Assembly (NCBI GenBank): GCA_965263035.1
Contig: OZ253580.1
Span: 4,736,001 to 4,800,000, forward strand
Direction of reading: 5' to 3'
Source of the DNA: Acidobacteriota bacterium
GTDB lineage: Bacteria > Acidobacteriota > UBA6911 > RPQK01 > JAJDTT01
Length of the DNA: 64,000 nt
The position numbers were made by a program, and so were the translations under genes. The notes beneath the pieces were generated by a model, which did not search any database, was not told the origin of the DNA, and saw nothing but the letters and a program-made list of their open reading frames with translations. Below, in pieces: positions 10,432-20,136 of this stretch (the first letter of the stretch is position 1; the number at the start of each line of letters is the position of its first letter).

Positions 10432-10933
10432 GCGGCCCTCGGCATCCTAGGTTGCTTCCCCTCAAAGGAGTCTTCCGGCGTGTAGATTTGAATCTTGGGC
10501 AGGTCCATGAAGCGTCCGGCGTTGACGGCGGCATTTCTCATGCCGTTGGTCACTCTGTCTCGAAAGCAGGTGAAGATGCCGAGATCAGCTCCGGCCTGTT
10601 GACGTGCGCCGTTGAAGGCTTGGACGTGTCCGGGATTGGTAGAGCCGCCTTTGACCTGAGAAACGATGTCAATGAACCGGCCCTTGCGGACCGGGAGCCG
10701 TCCCACGCCGTCAATTCCGCCATCCCGTCTCTGGATTCGGTTCGGCTCCATACCGTCCACCAGAGCAGCAGCCCACCTCTCAAACCGGAATTTATCGATG
10801 CCGGCAAGCTCCTGAGCGTGTGTGATGGTATGGGGAAGGCCAATGTATTGGGTGTGTTCCCAACGGATTCATCCGGGACATCCTCCCGCATGACTTCAAG
10901 GTTGTCTCCAAAGATCAGTCGATTTTCGTTCAA
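10428..10933 (-). pseudogene. Internally deleted DNA methyltransferase with Mrr-like C-terminal domain (IS passenger)
   Basis: N-terminus NRLIFGDNLEVMREDVPDESV joined out of frame to YIGLPHTITHAQELAGIDKFRFERWAA...DGGIDG...VSQVKGG; no DPPF/Y or FxGxG motif remains. Confidence 0.8.
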
Positions 10934-11880
10934 CCCACCAAATCCTTGTAACGCAGCCGCTTTCCCACCATCCGGTCAGCGACCAGGGCCATTTGATCCA
11001 ACGTGTCCATGCGCCTTAGGTTGTGACGTGCGGCAAACTCTCCAACGTATCGGTCGGTGTGCTGTTCCGAGAAGTGGTGAAAGGTTCCGTGGTAACTCCG
11101 CTTCAACATGGACCAGAATGATTCGGCTCCGTTGGTGTGGCAGTTGCCTTTGACGTACTCCTGAAGAGAATGTCTGACCGTCTCGTGATGGACAAGCCGG
11201 CCGTAAGAGGTTGAATCGTCCGTGTAGATCTTGGCATCTTCTCCCACGTGCTCCAAGACGAAACGGGAGAGGGTTTCAGACTTGGTGTCAGGGACGACTC
11301 GGGCCGACACTTGGTTGGAGGGGCGATCTTTGACGGCAGCCACGGCCGTCTTTCCAACGGCTCCACGTCCCTCCAGTTTGGCGCGTTTGGCCTTCGGCAT
11401 ATGCTTCCGCTTTCCGCCGAGATACGCCTCGTCAGCCTCGACCGGGCCGGAGAACAGGGCCATTCCAGTCAGGTTCAGACCTTTCCGTATCCGGTGAGCA
11501 AGGTGCCAAGCCGTCTTCTGTGTTACGTCCAGGTCACGATGCAGCTTCATGGAGGAAACGCTCTTGAGGCTGGTAGTAAGGAGGTAGGTCGCAAGCAACC
11601 AAGTCTGATAGCCGAGTTTGGAGGACTGCATAACCGTCCCGACCCGGACGCTGAACCGCTTGCCGCAATCGCGGCAACGATACGGCATGGAAGGATGCTT
11701 GGCTCCGGTCTGGACGTTGGTAGAGCCGCAATGGACGCAACAGACTTCCTCCGGCCACCGCTGCTTTATGAACCATTCCTCAGCGGCTTTATCGTCGGGA
11801 AATCTCTTGAAGAATCCGCGCAGTGAAAGTCCCTCTCGGAACGCCTTTCCGGGTGCCTTGTTCCGTGTCTCGTAACTCAT
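10930..11880 (-). CDS. IS1595-family DDE transposase
   Basis: Zn ribbon CVHCGS...YRCRDCGKRFSV; VEADEAY, IYTDD, HTNGAESFWSMLKR; SD AGGAG before ATG 11880. Confidence 0.95.
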   Translation of the reverse strand: MSYETRNKAPGKAFREGLSLRGFFKRFPDDKAAEEWFIKQRWPEEVCCVHCGSTNVQTGAKHPSMPYRCRDCGKRFSVRVGTVMQSSKLGYQTWLLATYLLTTSLKSVSSMKLHRDLDVTQKTAWHLAHRIRKGLNLTGMALFSGPVEADEAYLGGKRKHMPKAKRAKLEGRGAVGKTAVAAVKDRPSNQVSARVVPDTKSETLSRFVLEHVGEDAKIYTDDSTSYGRLVHHETVRHSLQEYVKGNCHTNGAESFWSMLKRSYHGTFHHFSEQHTDRYVGEFAARHNLRRMDTLDQMALVADRMVGKRLRYKDLVG

Positions 11881-11905
11881 TGCAGTCTCCTGACTTACAA
11901 GACAT

Positions 11906-11934
11906 ATTCTATAGGAAAGTTCCGGGATTGTCAA
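11906..11934 (-). promoter_or_regulatory. Sigma70 promoter of the IS1595 transposase
   Basis: TTGACA-N17-TAGAAT between the TIR and the start codon. Confidence 0.75.
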
Positions 11935-12859
11935 CCCCTACGGGCAACCTTTTCGGCACTTTCGTATATAATCCCCAAATACGTTCTTAGCGATCCCGGC
12001 ACCCTTCATGGTTCCAAGCAGGCCGGAATCCAGACTGCCGTCAACGTACAAACCCAGAAGAATTCGGGCGTCCTCCTTGGGCAACTCAGACCAGTTTTTC
12101 CTCCTTGCGATGGAAAGTCCTCTTTCTATGGTATGGACCCAGCTTCGAGTCTTGCCGAATACGGACCATTTACACTTGTGATGTTTATCCCACTCATGAT
12201 TGTTCCACCATTCCTGGCATCGAGAGAGAGCTTTGACAAATCCAGACCAGTCTCTCGCTTGCCTGATGTAATCGAGCCGGTCGTCGTCTTCGAGCTTCAG
12301 CGCGCCGATCAGTGTTTTGAAAGACGACGACGGGCGATTGAGAGTCCAGCGTCTGCGGTAGTCTTCGATAGCATTCGGTGTCAACTCGCGGCATTCACGC
12401 CATCGACTTTCGAACCAACGTGAGGCGTCCTCGCCGTCGCTGGTCTCGTGAACGACCTCCTCATTGCTCGCGAAACCAGCTCGGGTGAAGTTCGCGCTAC
12501 CGATCCAGGCGCGTGACTTGCGAGTCTCCCGGAAAATAAGGACCTTTGGGTGGAACAGTTTTCTGCAGCCAACACCGAGGCGAAGCGTCCCGATTTCGTT
12601 CAGCCGGGCAAGAGCATCGGGTTCCGTGGCATTGCCGGACGTACCGACGATGGCGCGAATCTTCGCGCCCCTCTTTCGGGCGGCGCATAGCATGTCCAAC
12701 GCAGGCCCCGAAGTTGCCCATGCGGTGGCTATATCGATTTGTTCCGCGAAACGCAGGTTTTCCTCGAATTGTCGCAAGAGTTGATCGGTGGTCAAAAACA
12801 TTTGTTGAACATAACCTGCAATTCCCAATCCACCAACTTCCGACAGCCGATGTCGACGC

Positions 12860-14569
12860 CTACCAGAAGACGACGAACAGCAGCCAGCAGGCCACCACCA
12901 GGTAGAGTCCGATCCAGAGTTCGGGTCTCAGTCTCCAGGGCAGCGAGCCGCTTGGCGGAACCGGGAAGGGATAGCGGGGCTTGGAGGGGGCCTGAAGCAG
13001 GGTCTTCTGGAGCCAGGTTCCCTCCAGGACCTTGAGACGGCTTCCCATGAGAGACTTGAGATCCCGATCCGATTCCTTCCGGCTGTAGAGGAGCCCTTCC
13101 AGCTCCTCGTCCGTGGCCGGTCCCCGGAACAGGGTGATGATCCACGACGCGACCACCATCACCGCCGCCGGCAGGCACAGGTTCCACAGATAGGCCCACC
13201 AGAGGTTGGTGTACCAGTAGGGCAGAGGCCACTCGTAGTATTCCCCGATCAGTGCCGAGAAGCCGTAGAGCAGCCCCGCCACCAGCCCCATGGACCCGGT
13301 GGCCCGGTGGACCCGGGTGAAGACTCCCATGAGAATGACGGTCATGAGAGGCACGGCGATGGCGCCGGCCAGTCTCAGATAGAAGGCCACCATTCCCGAT
13401 TGGAGAAAGGGGACGTAGACGAAACCCAGGGCGATGATGATGGGGACCGCGATCTTTCCGACCCGCGTGTAGTGGTCGTCGGTGGCATTGCGCACCAGGA
13501 AGCGGGCGTAGACGTCCCGGACGAAGAGACTGGAGATCCCCATGCCGATGGAAGCGAAGGTCGAGTACCCGGCCGCCACCAGGCCGGCCAGAACCAGGCC
13601 CACGAGTCCGGCCGGCAGATACTCCCGGACCAGCATGGGATAGGCGGAGTCGATGATCTCCAGCCCTGGAAAGTGAGCCCGCGCCAGGGGTCCCAGGCTG
13701 ACGTTGAACCAGAGGCAGACGGCCGTGATCACGCTGGCCAGCACCGCGCCCATCTTGAAGTCCCATTCCGACCGGGCGCCCAGGAACCGGATGGCCTCGT
13801 ACTGGTTGATGACGGCGTAGGTGACCAGCACCACCACCAGCCCGAAGACCATGAGGATCGGAGTGGCGCCCTCGGGAGTGTAGCCTCCCACGTGCAGCAG
13901 TTCGCCGGGCAGGGACTCGTCCACCTGCGCCAGTTTCTCCGTGAGCCCGCTCATGCCGCCGGTGCTGAACCAGACCACTCCCCAGAGCACCATGGAAGAG
14001 ACGATCATGGCGACGGCCTGAAGGGCGTTGGTGATGACGTCCGACTCCAATCCGCCGGTCACCACATAGACCACGGCCGTGGCCGCCACCAGGACCACCA
14101 CCGCCCAGCTCCAGGTGGCGCTGAGCTCGCCGATGATGTTCAGGACCAGGTAGAGGGAGAAGAAGATGTTGCCCACCACGTTGGTGCGGGACTGGATGTT
14201 GATGAAGACGGCCAGGATCCGGGTGAGGGGGCCGAACCGGAATTCGAGCCACTCGGCGTTGGTGTAAACGCCGGAGCGGTACATGGGAATGATGACGAAG
14301 CAACTGAGTACGAACCAGCCGACGGTGATACCCAGCCACCACTGGGTGAGCTGGGAGAGGCCGAAACGGTAGGCACCGCCGGCGATGGCCACGTAGTCGC
14401 CGCTGTCCACTGCGGTTGAGAAGGCCGAGAGTCCCACCGCCCACCAGGGCAGTGACTTGGCGGCCAAGTACCAGTCGAAGCTCTTCCGGATGCCTTTGAA
14501 GGTGACGAGGCCGTAGAGGACGATGCCCAGGTTGACGACCACGACCAGCAGCCAGTCTACAAGGGTCAT
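12860..14569 (-). CDS. Sodium:solute symporter (SSS) family transporter
   Basis: Many TM helices; YLAAKSLPWWAVGLS, TNAEWLEFRFG, GGLESDVITNALQ, LPAGLVGLVLAGLVAA. Confidence 0.92.
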   Translation of the reverse strand: MTLVDWLLVVVVNLGIVLYGLVTFKGIRKSFDWYLAAKSLPWWAVGLSAFSTAVDSGDYVAIAGGAYRFGLSQLTQWWLGITVGWFVLSCFVIIPMYRSGVYTNAEWLEFRFGPLTRILAVFINIQSRTNVVGNIFFSLYLVLNIIGELSATWSWAVVVLVAATAVVYVVTGGLESDVITNALQAVAMIVSSMVLWGVVWFSTGGMSGLTEKLAQVDESLPGELLHVGGYTPEGATPILMVFGLVVVLVTYAVINQYEAIRFLGARSEWDFKMGAVLASVITAVCLWFNVSLGPLARAHFPGLEIIDSAYPMLVREYLPAGLVGLVLAGLVAAGYSTFASIGMGISSLFVRDVYARFLVRNATDDHYTRVGKIAVPIIIALGFVYVPFLQSGMVAFYLRLAGAIAVPLMTVILMGVFTRVHRATGSMGLVAGLLYGFSALIGEYYEWPLPYWYTNLWWAYLWNLCLPAAVMVVASWIITLFRGPATDEELEGLLYSRKESDRDLKSLMGSRLKVLEGTWLQKTLLQAPSKPRYPFPVPPSGSLPWRLRPELWIGLYLVVACWLLFVVFW

Positions 14570-14650
14570 GGAGTCCTCTCGGTCATGGTGCAGAAGAATA
14601 GCAGAGATCGGGGCGACTGCCTTGCGGTGGCACCCGATCCCGGAGATGCA

Positions 14651-15016
14651 TCATGGTCTGCGGGTGGGGAGCCGCAGGATGACGATGGGAATCACCACCG
14701 CCACCGCGAACAGGGGCGCCAGCAGCCACGGGTTCGACACCCGGTAGGCCGACCATCCCACGGTGGCCCAGAGGATCAGGACGGTCAGGATCTTGGTCCG
14801 GAGCGGCAGGCCCCGTTTCTCGCGATAGTCGCGAATGTACTCCCCGGTCCAGCGGTGGTTCATCAGCCAACGGTAGAGGCGGGGGGAACTGCGGACGTAG
14901 CAGGCGGCGGCCAGCAGCAGGAAAGGGGTGGTGGGCAGCAGGGGCAGGAAGATGCCGGCGATCCCCAGCGCCACCGAAACGCTCCCGGCGACGACAAGAA
15001 GGGATCGGATCAACAT
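14651..15016 (-). CDS. ybaN: YbaN/DUF454 family inner membrane protein
   Basis: GIFLPLLPTTPFLLLAAACYVRSSPRLYRWL; start placed at ATG 15016 because the longer ORF runs through a REP. Confidence 0.88.
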   Translation of the reverse strand: MLIRSLLVVAGSVSVALGIAGIFLPLLPTTPFLLLAAACYVRSSPRLYRWLMNHRWTGEYIRDYREKRGLPLRTKILTVLILWATVGWSAYRVSNPWLLAPLFAVAVVIPIVILRLPTRRP

Positions 15017-15041
15017 CTCACTTGCGCCAAAACGGCGCCGT

Positions 15042-15086
15042 GGAGGGGCGACATCCTTGTCGCCCATTTTGGAAAGGCGCCACTCC
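15042..15086. repeat. REP-like palindrome plus inverted half-copy
   Basis: GGAG-GGGCGACATCCTTGTCGCCC (15042..15065) and GGAAAGGCGCCACTCC (15071..15086). Confidence 0.7.
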
Positions 15087-15095
15087 GAGACCACC

Positions 15096-15950
15096 TCAAA
15101 AGTAAGTAATCAGACCGATCGACACACTGGTGCCACCGGCGGTCACACTCGCGGGAACGTTCACTCTCACGTCCTGGAACGGTGTGGTCCAGCGTTCATT
15201 TCCAGACTTCGGGCGACGCACTTCCGCGCGAAACCCGATGTGGTCGCCGAGCATTTTTTCCACCCCGGCGCCGGCCACCCAGCCCCTGAAATCCTGGTCT
15301 CGGGATTCCGTTCCCGGTGTGAACTCGCCGGCTGAACACGGGATGGGATTCAGGCAGCCGTCGAAATGAGTCGTGAACTCCGCTTCAACGAGGCGGATAC
15401 CTGCGAGCCCGTAAACGCGCAGGTCCCAGAAATTCAGCGGGCCGGGGCTGCCACCCAGCTTGAACGTGACGCCGTAGCTCCTTTTTTTCTCGAATGACCA
15501 TTGGTCCGGCCAGCTCTCTCCAAGCTGATTGCGGCCAGGGGACGATCCTATCCCCGGCAATTGGCCGTCCACCGTGCCCCGGGGCAACTCGACGTCGAAC
15601 TCGGCGCTCACGAAGAAGCCGGTTCCGGGAAAGGGCAGGTGATAGCCGGCCACGAAACCGATTCCATAAGTCAGGGATTTGGACGAATCCTGGTCCTGAA
15701 AAATCTGGCCGGCCAGCGACGCAGGAACCAGAGTGCTCGGGTCGGTGTTGTCCACGGTCTTCTCGAACGTGACGTCGAGATAATCCAGGGGGGCCGTGAC
15801 GCCGACATAGAAGCCCCGGTCCGCAGCAGACGCCGGAATCATCTGAGCAAAGAAGGTCAGGAGCACGCTGACCGAAGCTGCGGCCAACCGCCGACGGATC
15901 GGGTTTCGGGTGTACTGCTTGGGTCGAACCGATTTGTTCATTCTTGTCAC
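15096..15950 (-). CDS. Outer-membrane beta-barrel protein (opacity/Omp25-like)
   Basis: Signal peptide; GFYVG, VAGYHL, GWVAGAGVE, FRAEV; ends in LITYF. Confidence 0.8.
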   Translation of the reverse strand: MTRMNKSVRPKQYTRNPIRRRLAAASVSVLLTFFAQMIPASAADRGFYVGVTAPLDYLDVTFEKTVDNTDPSTLVPASLAGQIFQDQDSSKSLTYGIGFVAGYHLPFPGTGFFVSAEFDVELPRGTVDGQLPGIGSSPGRNQLGESWPDQWSFEKKRSYGVTFKLGGSPGPLNFWDLRVYGLAGIRLVEAEFTTHFDGCLNPIPCSAGEFTPGTESRDQDFRGWVAGAGVEKMLGDHIGFRAEVRRPKSGNERWTTPFQDVRVNVPASVTAGGTSVSIGLITYF

Positions 15951-16059
15951 TCCATTCAGATCAGATCGTACGTGGGCTGGAGTATGCGAAGTGTAATCAA
16001 AGCCCCTGTCACCGGGACCGATCTGATCAGATGAGGGCCAGCCGGAGTCTGTGATCGCT

Positions 16060-16860
16060 CTACTGTCCGAAACGGTAAATCAGACCGAATCGGATGATGC
16101 CCAGCTGGTTTCGCACGTCGTAAGGGCAGGGACGACGGGGGTTTCCCGGCCCGCACCGGTTGTTCCCGGAGTGGTTGACGGTATGGGTGCTCCACCCGAA
16201 GTCCAGAAACGAACCCTCCACGCGCAGCATCCAGGCACCGGGCAGCGGAGCCTCGATGCCGGCCCCGATCACCGGACCCAGATCGGTCGAGCTGTCGCGA
16301 AAGGAATCATCCGGGTCGGTATGGGGAAGAATGTCTCGGGCCGAATCGATATCGGTGACGAAATTCGTGATTCTGCTGACTGCAGCGCCAACGGTGGCGA
16401 ATGCCGTCGCCCCGCCGACGGGTAGCTCGAAGCCGACACGTCCCGTGGCGATCCACCGGATGTCGGAACCGGCCGTCTCGTCCAACCCTGCGGGATCGAG
16501 CCGGTTCGATCTTCCGGACAGGTTGCCGAACGTGCCGTCGAATTCGATCCGGAGCCGGACACCACCGAGGCCGACCTTCGTCCCCAAGAGCGCGCCGGCG
16601 ACGAACCGGTTGTCGCCGTAGTCAAGCGTGTATCCTGGTTGTCCCCAGTTCGCGAAACCCTCGATGTCGACGATCTGGTTGCCCATCAGGCCGGAGCCGA
16701 TAAAAATTCCGGTGTAGGTCCTTGCCTCATCGGATACGGATTCGTTGCCGCCGGCGCTGAGCGGCTTGCCGGTCATGAATACACACAGCGCTATTACGGC
16801 GAGGATCAAATCACACCATGGGATGCTGGACCTGTGGGCCGGCCGGTGACTGTGTTGCAT
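16060..16860 (-). CDS. Outer-membrane beta-barrel protein (Omp25/RopB-like)
   Basis: YTGIFIG, WIATGRVG, VIGAGIE, LRVEGSFLDFG, IRFGLIYRF. Confidence 0.82.
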   Translation of the reverse strand: MQHSHRPAHRSSIPWCDLILAVIALCVFMTGKPLSAGGNESVSDEARTYTGIFIGSGLMGNQIVDIEGFANWGQPGYTLDYGDNRFVAGALLGTKVGLGGVRLRIEFDGTFGNLSGRSNRLDPAGLDETAGSDIRWIATGRVGFELPVGGATAFATVGAAVSRITNFVTDIDSARDILPHTDPDDSFRDSSTDLGPVIGAGIEAPLPGAWMLRVEGSFLDFGWSTHTVNHSGNNRCGPGNPRRPCPYDVRNQLGIIRFGLIYRFGQ

Positions 16861-16917
16861 GGCTTTCTTTCAGGGGGCTAGAATCCGTGTGAATTATGCC
16901 TCACCAGGGGGACCATC

Positions 16918-17757
16918 ATGACCAATGAGAAGAGCAGGAAGATGGCAGGCAAGCGCGTCCTGGTCACGGGAGCGGGAACCGGGATTGGACGGGGTATTGC
17001 CCTGGAGTTCGCCGCGGAGGGCGCCGCGGTCGTGCTGCACTACTGTCACAGCAGCGCCGGGTGTAAGTCTGCCGTGGAGGAGATCCACAACTCAGGCGGG
17101 CGAGCCTGGGCGGTGGGCGCCGATTTCCGGCGGGTGGAGTCGGTCCAGAGCTTGGCGGCACAATCAGTGGAGTTGCTGGGCGGAATTGACGTGCTGGTCA
17201 ACAACTCCGGCGTGACGGCGAACAGCCCGTTCGAGGAGACCACGCCCCACCACTTCGACACCCTCTTCGACATCAACTTCAAGGCCATGTTCTTTCTGAC
17301 CCAGGCGGTTCTGCCGGCAATGGTCGAACAGGAGGGGGGCGCGGTCATCAATCTGACCTCGGTCCATGCCTATGCGGGACTGGTCGAGCACTCGGTCTAC
17401 GCTGCCACCAAAGGAGCCATCGTGGCGTTCACTCGCGAGGTCTCGTTGGAGTTGATCCAGAAAGGGGTGCGGGTCAACGCTATCGCACCCGGCTGGATCC
17501 GGGTCCCGAACCAGGACAAGGTGTTGGGAGAGAACTTCGACTGGGAAGCGGCCGAGAAGACGCTGCCCGCCGGTTTCATCGGCACTCCCAGAGACATCGG
17601 CCGTCTGGCCGTCTTCCTGGCTTCCGAGGATTCGCGCTACATCGTGGGGCAGACGATGGTCATCGACGGGGGGCAACTGGCCATCATGCCCAACACCGGG
17701 GATTTCCGCGGTCACCGCCGGTTCCGGTTCGGCGAGGAATACGTGGGAATTCCCTGA
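16918..17757 (+). CDS. SDR family oxidoreductase
   Basis: TGAGTGIG, LVNNSG, YAATK, VRVNAIAPG. Confidence 0.95.
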   Translation: MTNEKSRKMAGKRVLVTGAGTGIGRGIALEFAAEGAAVVLHYCHSSAGCKSAVEEIHNSGGRAWAVGADFRRVESVQSLAAQSVELLGGIDVLVNNSGVTANSPFEETTPHHFDTLFDINFKAMFFLTQAVLPAMVEQEGGAVINLTSVHAYAGLVEHSVYAATKGAIVAFTREVSLELIQKGVRVNAIAPGWIRVPNQDKVLGENFDWEAAEKTLPAGFIGTPRDIGRLAVFLASEDSRYIVGQTMVIDGGQLAIMPNTGDFRGHRRFRFGEEYVGIP

Positions 17758-17777
17758 CTCCGGCGCGGTTTCGGAAT

Positions 17778-18665
17778 TCAGAGCCCGATGCGGGACCGGA
17801 ACTCGGGCACGCCGGCGGGACCGGGCCTGAGGACGATGAGGGCGCCGGCCGCCGGTCCCAGATCCTTGTCTTCCGGATGAGTGCCGGTGGTGACGTAGAG
17901 ATCCGAAAGATCTCTTCCTCCGAACGCCACGCTGGCAGTGAACTTGGCCGGGAGCTCGATGGTCCGCTTCCGCTTGCCGGTGGGACCGAACTGGAGCACC
18001 CTCCCGCCCATGGCCATGGCGATCCAGAGGTTATGCTCACTGTCCAGCGTCATGCCGTCAGCGTATCCGTCCACAGCCGGATCCAAGCGCAGAAACGCCC
18101 GGCGCCGGCTGAGGGCGCCGGTCCGGATATCGTAGTCGAATTCCCAGACGACGTTGTCCAGGGAGTCGATGAAGAAGAAGTGGCCGAGGTCGGAGGTGAA
18201 GGCCATTCCATTGGGGATCCCCAGCCCCTCCAGGACCACTTCGTACGATCCGTCCCGGTCCAGCCGGTAGAGTCGCCCCTGTTTCCGTTCCAGGTCTCCG
18301 AAGGGCATGGAGCCGGCGAAGACCCGGCCTACGGGGTCCGCAATGACGTCGTTGAAGCGCCGGTCGGCTTCGGCCGGGATGTGGTCCAGGAGCATGCGCG
18401 CAATCCTGCCCGCCCGCCAGACCGCCACCGTTCCCCGGTCCATGAAAAGCAGTAGCGAGCCGTCGGCCTGGAGCGTCATCCCGCCCACGATCCGTCCCTC
18501 GTAGCAGAGGTGGCTCCTGCCGCTCGCGGGTTCGTACCAGTAGAGCCGGCTCGCCAGGATGTCGGTCCAGTAGAGCCTTTCCACATCGGGGTGCCAGACC
18601 GGCCCTTCACCGACCGTGCAACGGAGGTCGGCAGCGATTTGGAATTCAGGGGACTTTCGGGTCAT
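17778..18665 (-). CDS. SMP-30/gluconolactonase family protein
   Basis: VGEGPVW, RFNDVIADPVGR, IPNGMAF, ADGMTLD, VAFGG. Confidence 0.95.
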   Translation of the reverse strand: MTRKSPEFQIAADLRCTVGEGPVWHPDVERLYWTDILASRLYWYEPASGRSHLCYEGRIVGGMTLQADGSLLLFMDRGTVAVWRAGRIARMLLDHIPAEADRRFNDVIADPVGRVFAGSMPFGDLERKQGRLYRLDRDGSYEVVLEGLGIPNGMAFTSDLGHFFFIDSLDNVVWEFDYDIRTGALSRRRAFLRLDPAVDGYADGMTLDSEHNLWIAMAMGGRVLQFGPTGKRKRTIELPAKFTASVAFGGRDLSDLYVTTGTHPEDKDLGPAAGALIVLRPGPAGVPEFRSRIGL

Positions 18666-18689
18666 TGGATCCGTTCCTTAGAGACAGGC

Positions 18690-19844
18690 TCAATACCGGC
18701 CGTACTCCCTTCCGGCCTCTGCAAACACCTGGATGTTTCCGGGAGCCGAATCCATGATCTGCCCGGTCGACCGCAGAACGTAGCGGCCACCGCCCCCGGC
18801 CGCGTCGATACAGCGTTTTACCTCGTCTCGGACCTCCTCGGGCTTACCGTTCGACAGGATGCGTTCGTTGAAGCCTCCGTTGAGAGTGATCCGGTCCCCG
18901 ACCCGGCGTTTGGACTCGGCCAGGTCGAAGTCGCCTGAGGAGGTCTTGGGAGTCAGCGTCTCCAGGGAATGGGCGCCGGTGTCGGCCATGTCCTCGATGA
19001 ACGCCTGACCGCAGCCGCAGTTGTGATAGCTGACCAGAAGCCCCGCCTCCTTGGCCGCTTCCACGACGGCCTTGTCGTAGGGGTACATGAACCGCCGGAA
19101 CTGCTGGGGAGAAAACCCGATTCCGGCCCACGACTGATCGTAGAGAATGGAGTGGACTCCGGTGGCGGCCAGATGGCGAACCCGCCGGATGGCACGATCG
19201 CGGAGGAACTCGGAGAACTTCTCCACGAATCCCGGTTGGTCGATGAGATCGCAGGCCATGGTCACGAGTCCCCGCATGTTGGCCGCCTCTCCCCAGATTC
19301 CGATGAAGCAGTGCATCCAGAAGGCCCGATCGCCGCCGGCGTCCACCATGGATTTCAGCTTCTCCTGGTTCAAGCTCTCCGGCTCCGGCAGATAGCGGAT
19401 GCAGAGGTCCAGGTCGCGCTCGTTCTTGACGGCCGGCTCCACCTCGGCCACCTGCCCCTCGCCCATGCGGTAGCTCCAAGTGACGGGTCCTTCCGGAGTG
19501 GTCGCCGTGAACCGGTGCGTGCGAAAGTTTCGGCCGTCCTCTTCTTGAACCTCCTCCCGGACCCGCCAGGTTTCCAGCGCCTCTTCCGGCCAGCTGTAGA
19601 GCAACCGGGGGTACCGGTGCATGGAGAACCGGCGCTCGTCCGGGGTCACCAGCACCGGATCCAATCCCAGGCCTTCCTGGATCCGAACCATCGTCAGCGG
19701 GTCGTTCACCAGCTCCTCCAGGACGGCGCGGGGTCCCTTCCCGGTGAGTTGGCGCAGGAGCGGCATGCCGAGCCAGGCGCAGATGGGGACCCGGTCGGTG
19801 GGTCGGCCGGTATAGGCGGCTTCGAATCGCTCGCGGGTGTTCAT
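18690..19844 (-). CDS. Uroporphyrinogen decarboxylase-like (MtaA/CmuA-type) protein
   Basis: MNTRERF...DRVPI, FSPQQFRRF, YHNCG, GDRITLNGG. Confidence 0.85.
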   Translation of the reverse strand: MNTRERFEAAYTGRPTDRVPICAWLGMPLLRQLTGKGPRAVLEELVNDPLTMVRIQEGLGLDPVLVTPDERRFSMHRYPRLLYSWPEEALETWRVREEVQEEDGRNFRTHRFTATTPEGPVTWSYRMGEGQVAEVEPAVKNERDLDLCIRYLPEPESLNQEKLKSMVDAGGDRAFWMHCFIGIWGEAANMRGLVTMACDLIDQPGFVEKFSEFLRDRAIRRVRHLAATGVHSILYDQSWAGIGFSPQQFRRFMYPYDKAVVEAAKEAGLLVSYHNCGCGQAFIEDMADTGAHSLETLTPKTSSGDFDLAESKRRVGDRITLNGGFNERILSNGKPEEVRDEVKRCIDAAGGGGRYVLRSTGQIMDSAPGNIQVFAEAGREYGRY

Positions 19845-20136
19845 GGGTGCTCCGAACCTCGCACAACCGGCAGAAATAGCGGCTGGCGAGGACGCTCATG
19901 GTATTCAATGTTACGGGCTTGGGCAAACGGGCAATGCGGCGCCCGAAAACGCAGTTTCGACCGGCCCGGATCCGCACGCTGGGAAATCAATCGTCTCGGC
20001 CTTGTGCTATCATTCATACTATTGAACCGCAATGGTTAGGTGGATGCGGGCTGTCCGGCGTTTCTGCAAAGGATCTCCTGTCTTGCAGTTGACGAAATCC
20101 CAATCTTTGAAATCTGTTTCCCGGACCGTTACCCCG

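Larger units (their letters stand above)
10215..11976 (-). mobile_element. IS1595-family element with passenger genes
   Basis: Perfect 26-bp TIR GGGGATTATATACGAAAGTGCCGAAA (10215..10240 and 11951..11976); 8-bp TSD AAATACGT (10207..10214 and 11977..11984). Confidence 0.96.
9805..12801 (-). pseudogene. Phospholipase D/HKD-family nuclease gene interrupted by IS1595
   Basis: FHPKVLIF...WIGSANFT; removing the IS plus one TSD joins ...AKNVF|LESTQKNKEIRER... in frame with ORF 9805..10059, giving a 408-aa protein. Confidence 0.88.

Noticed and set aside
19921-19960. GGGCAAAC...ACGCA as a c-di-GMP-I riboswitch
   Set aside because: Lacks the GNRA tetraloop and the downstream receptor stem; similarity is only partial
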